Below are positions 63,923 to 64,000 of a DNA stretch of 64,000 bases, in pieces. The notes below the pieces were generated by a model. It did not search any database. It had not been told where the DNA came from and saw nothing but the letters and a program-made list of their open reading frames with translations. Every line of letters starts with the position of its first letter. The stretch's first letter is position 1. The DNA comes from an uncultured Planctomycetia bacterium (GTDB taxonomy: Bacteria; Omnitrophota; Gorgyraeia; Tantalellales; Tantalellaceae): NCBI GenBank assembly GCA_964409365.1, contig CAYPCX010000009.1, positions 10,390 to 74,389 on the forward strand, in the 5' to 3' direction. Both the position numbers and the translations under genes were made by a program.

Positions 63923-64000
63923 ATGTGCGGAATTATAGGTGAGATATCTAGTAAGCAAATAGACGTTAATAAATTCATCCGGATGAGAGACGAATTGTTC
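63923..64000 (+). CDS. asnB: Asparagine synthase (glutamine-hydrolysing), N-terminus only (3' end outside window)
   Basis: MCGIIG class-II amidotransferase N-terminal nucleophile motif. Confidence 0.65.
   Translation, partial: MCGIIGEISSKQIDVNKFIRMRDELF

Overview
This is a gene-dense 64 kb bacterial chromosomal window, roughly 50% GC, with most genes on the + strand. It looks diderm: there are Mla lipid-transport genes, outer-membrane beta-barrels ending in a C-terminal Phe, and Wza/Wzc. Recognisable content: a LOG-like/PAP2/2H-phosphoesterase trio; a 1818-aa orphan ORF with two XRE-type HTH motifs and a 4-TM block; a pabA/pabB-like pair; ispH plus a polyprenyl synthase; a membrane SpoIIE/PP2C phosphatase; and a sugar-phosphate cluster (P-loop kinase fused to an SPS-like GT4, a GT-B-like protein, a GH130 phosphorylase, glgP). 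Further on: a uvrD-like helicase, NUDIX, HAD, era, mgtE, purH-folC, mnmE, folE, an L,D-transpeptidase, accA, an RsbW-like kinase + STAS + mlaE/F/D, two FecR-domain paralogs + OMP + CHASE2-PP2C sensor phosphatase, gpmI, tRNA-Leu(CAA), sat/cysC fusion + SLC13 permease, tRNA-Ala(GGC), speH-speB, leuS, a four-helix-bundle gene in an AT-rich islet, comEA-comEC, a third FecR paralog + OMP, and a Wza/Wzc/Wzy-type EPS locus ending in a partial asnB. No transposase, integrase, CRISPR or rRNA was seen. The most striking sequence-level signal is that many intergenic regions are built almost entirely of tandem 7-bp repeat units. Related unit families recur at more than ten loci, often as inverted arm pairs flanking a gene or a promoter. 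Coordinates I computed by hand may be off by 1-2 nt; CDS bounds follow the supplied ORF track, with internal starts re-picked where an ATG/RBS is better supported.
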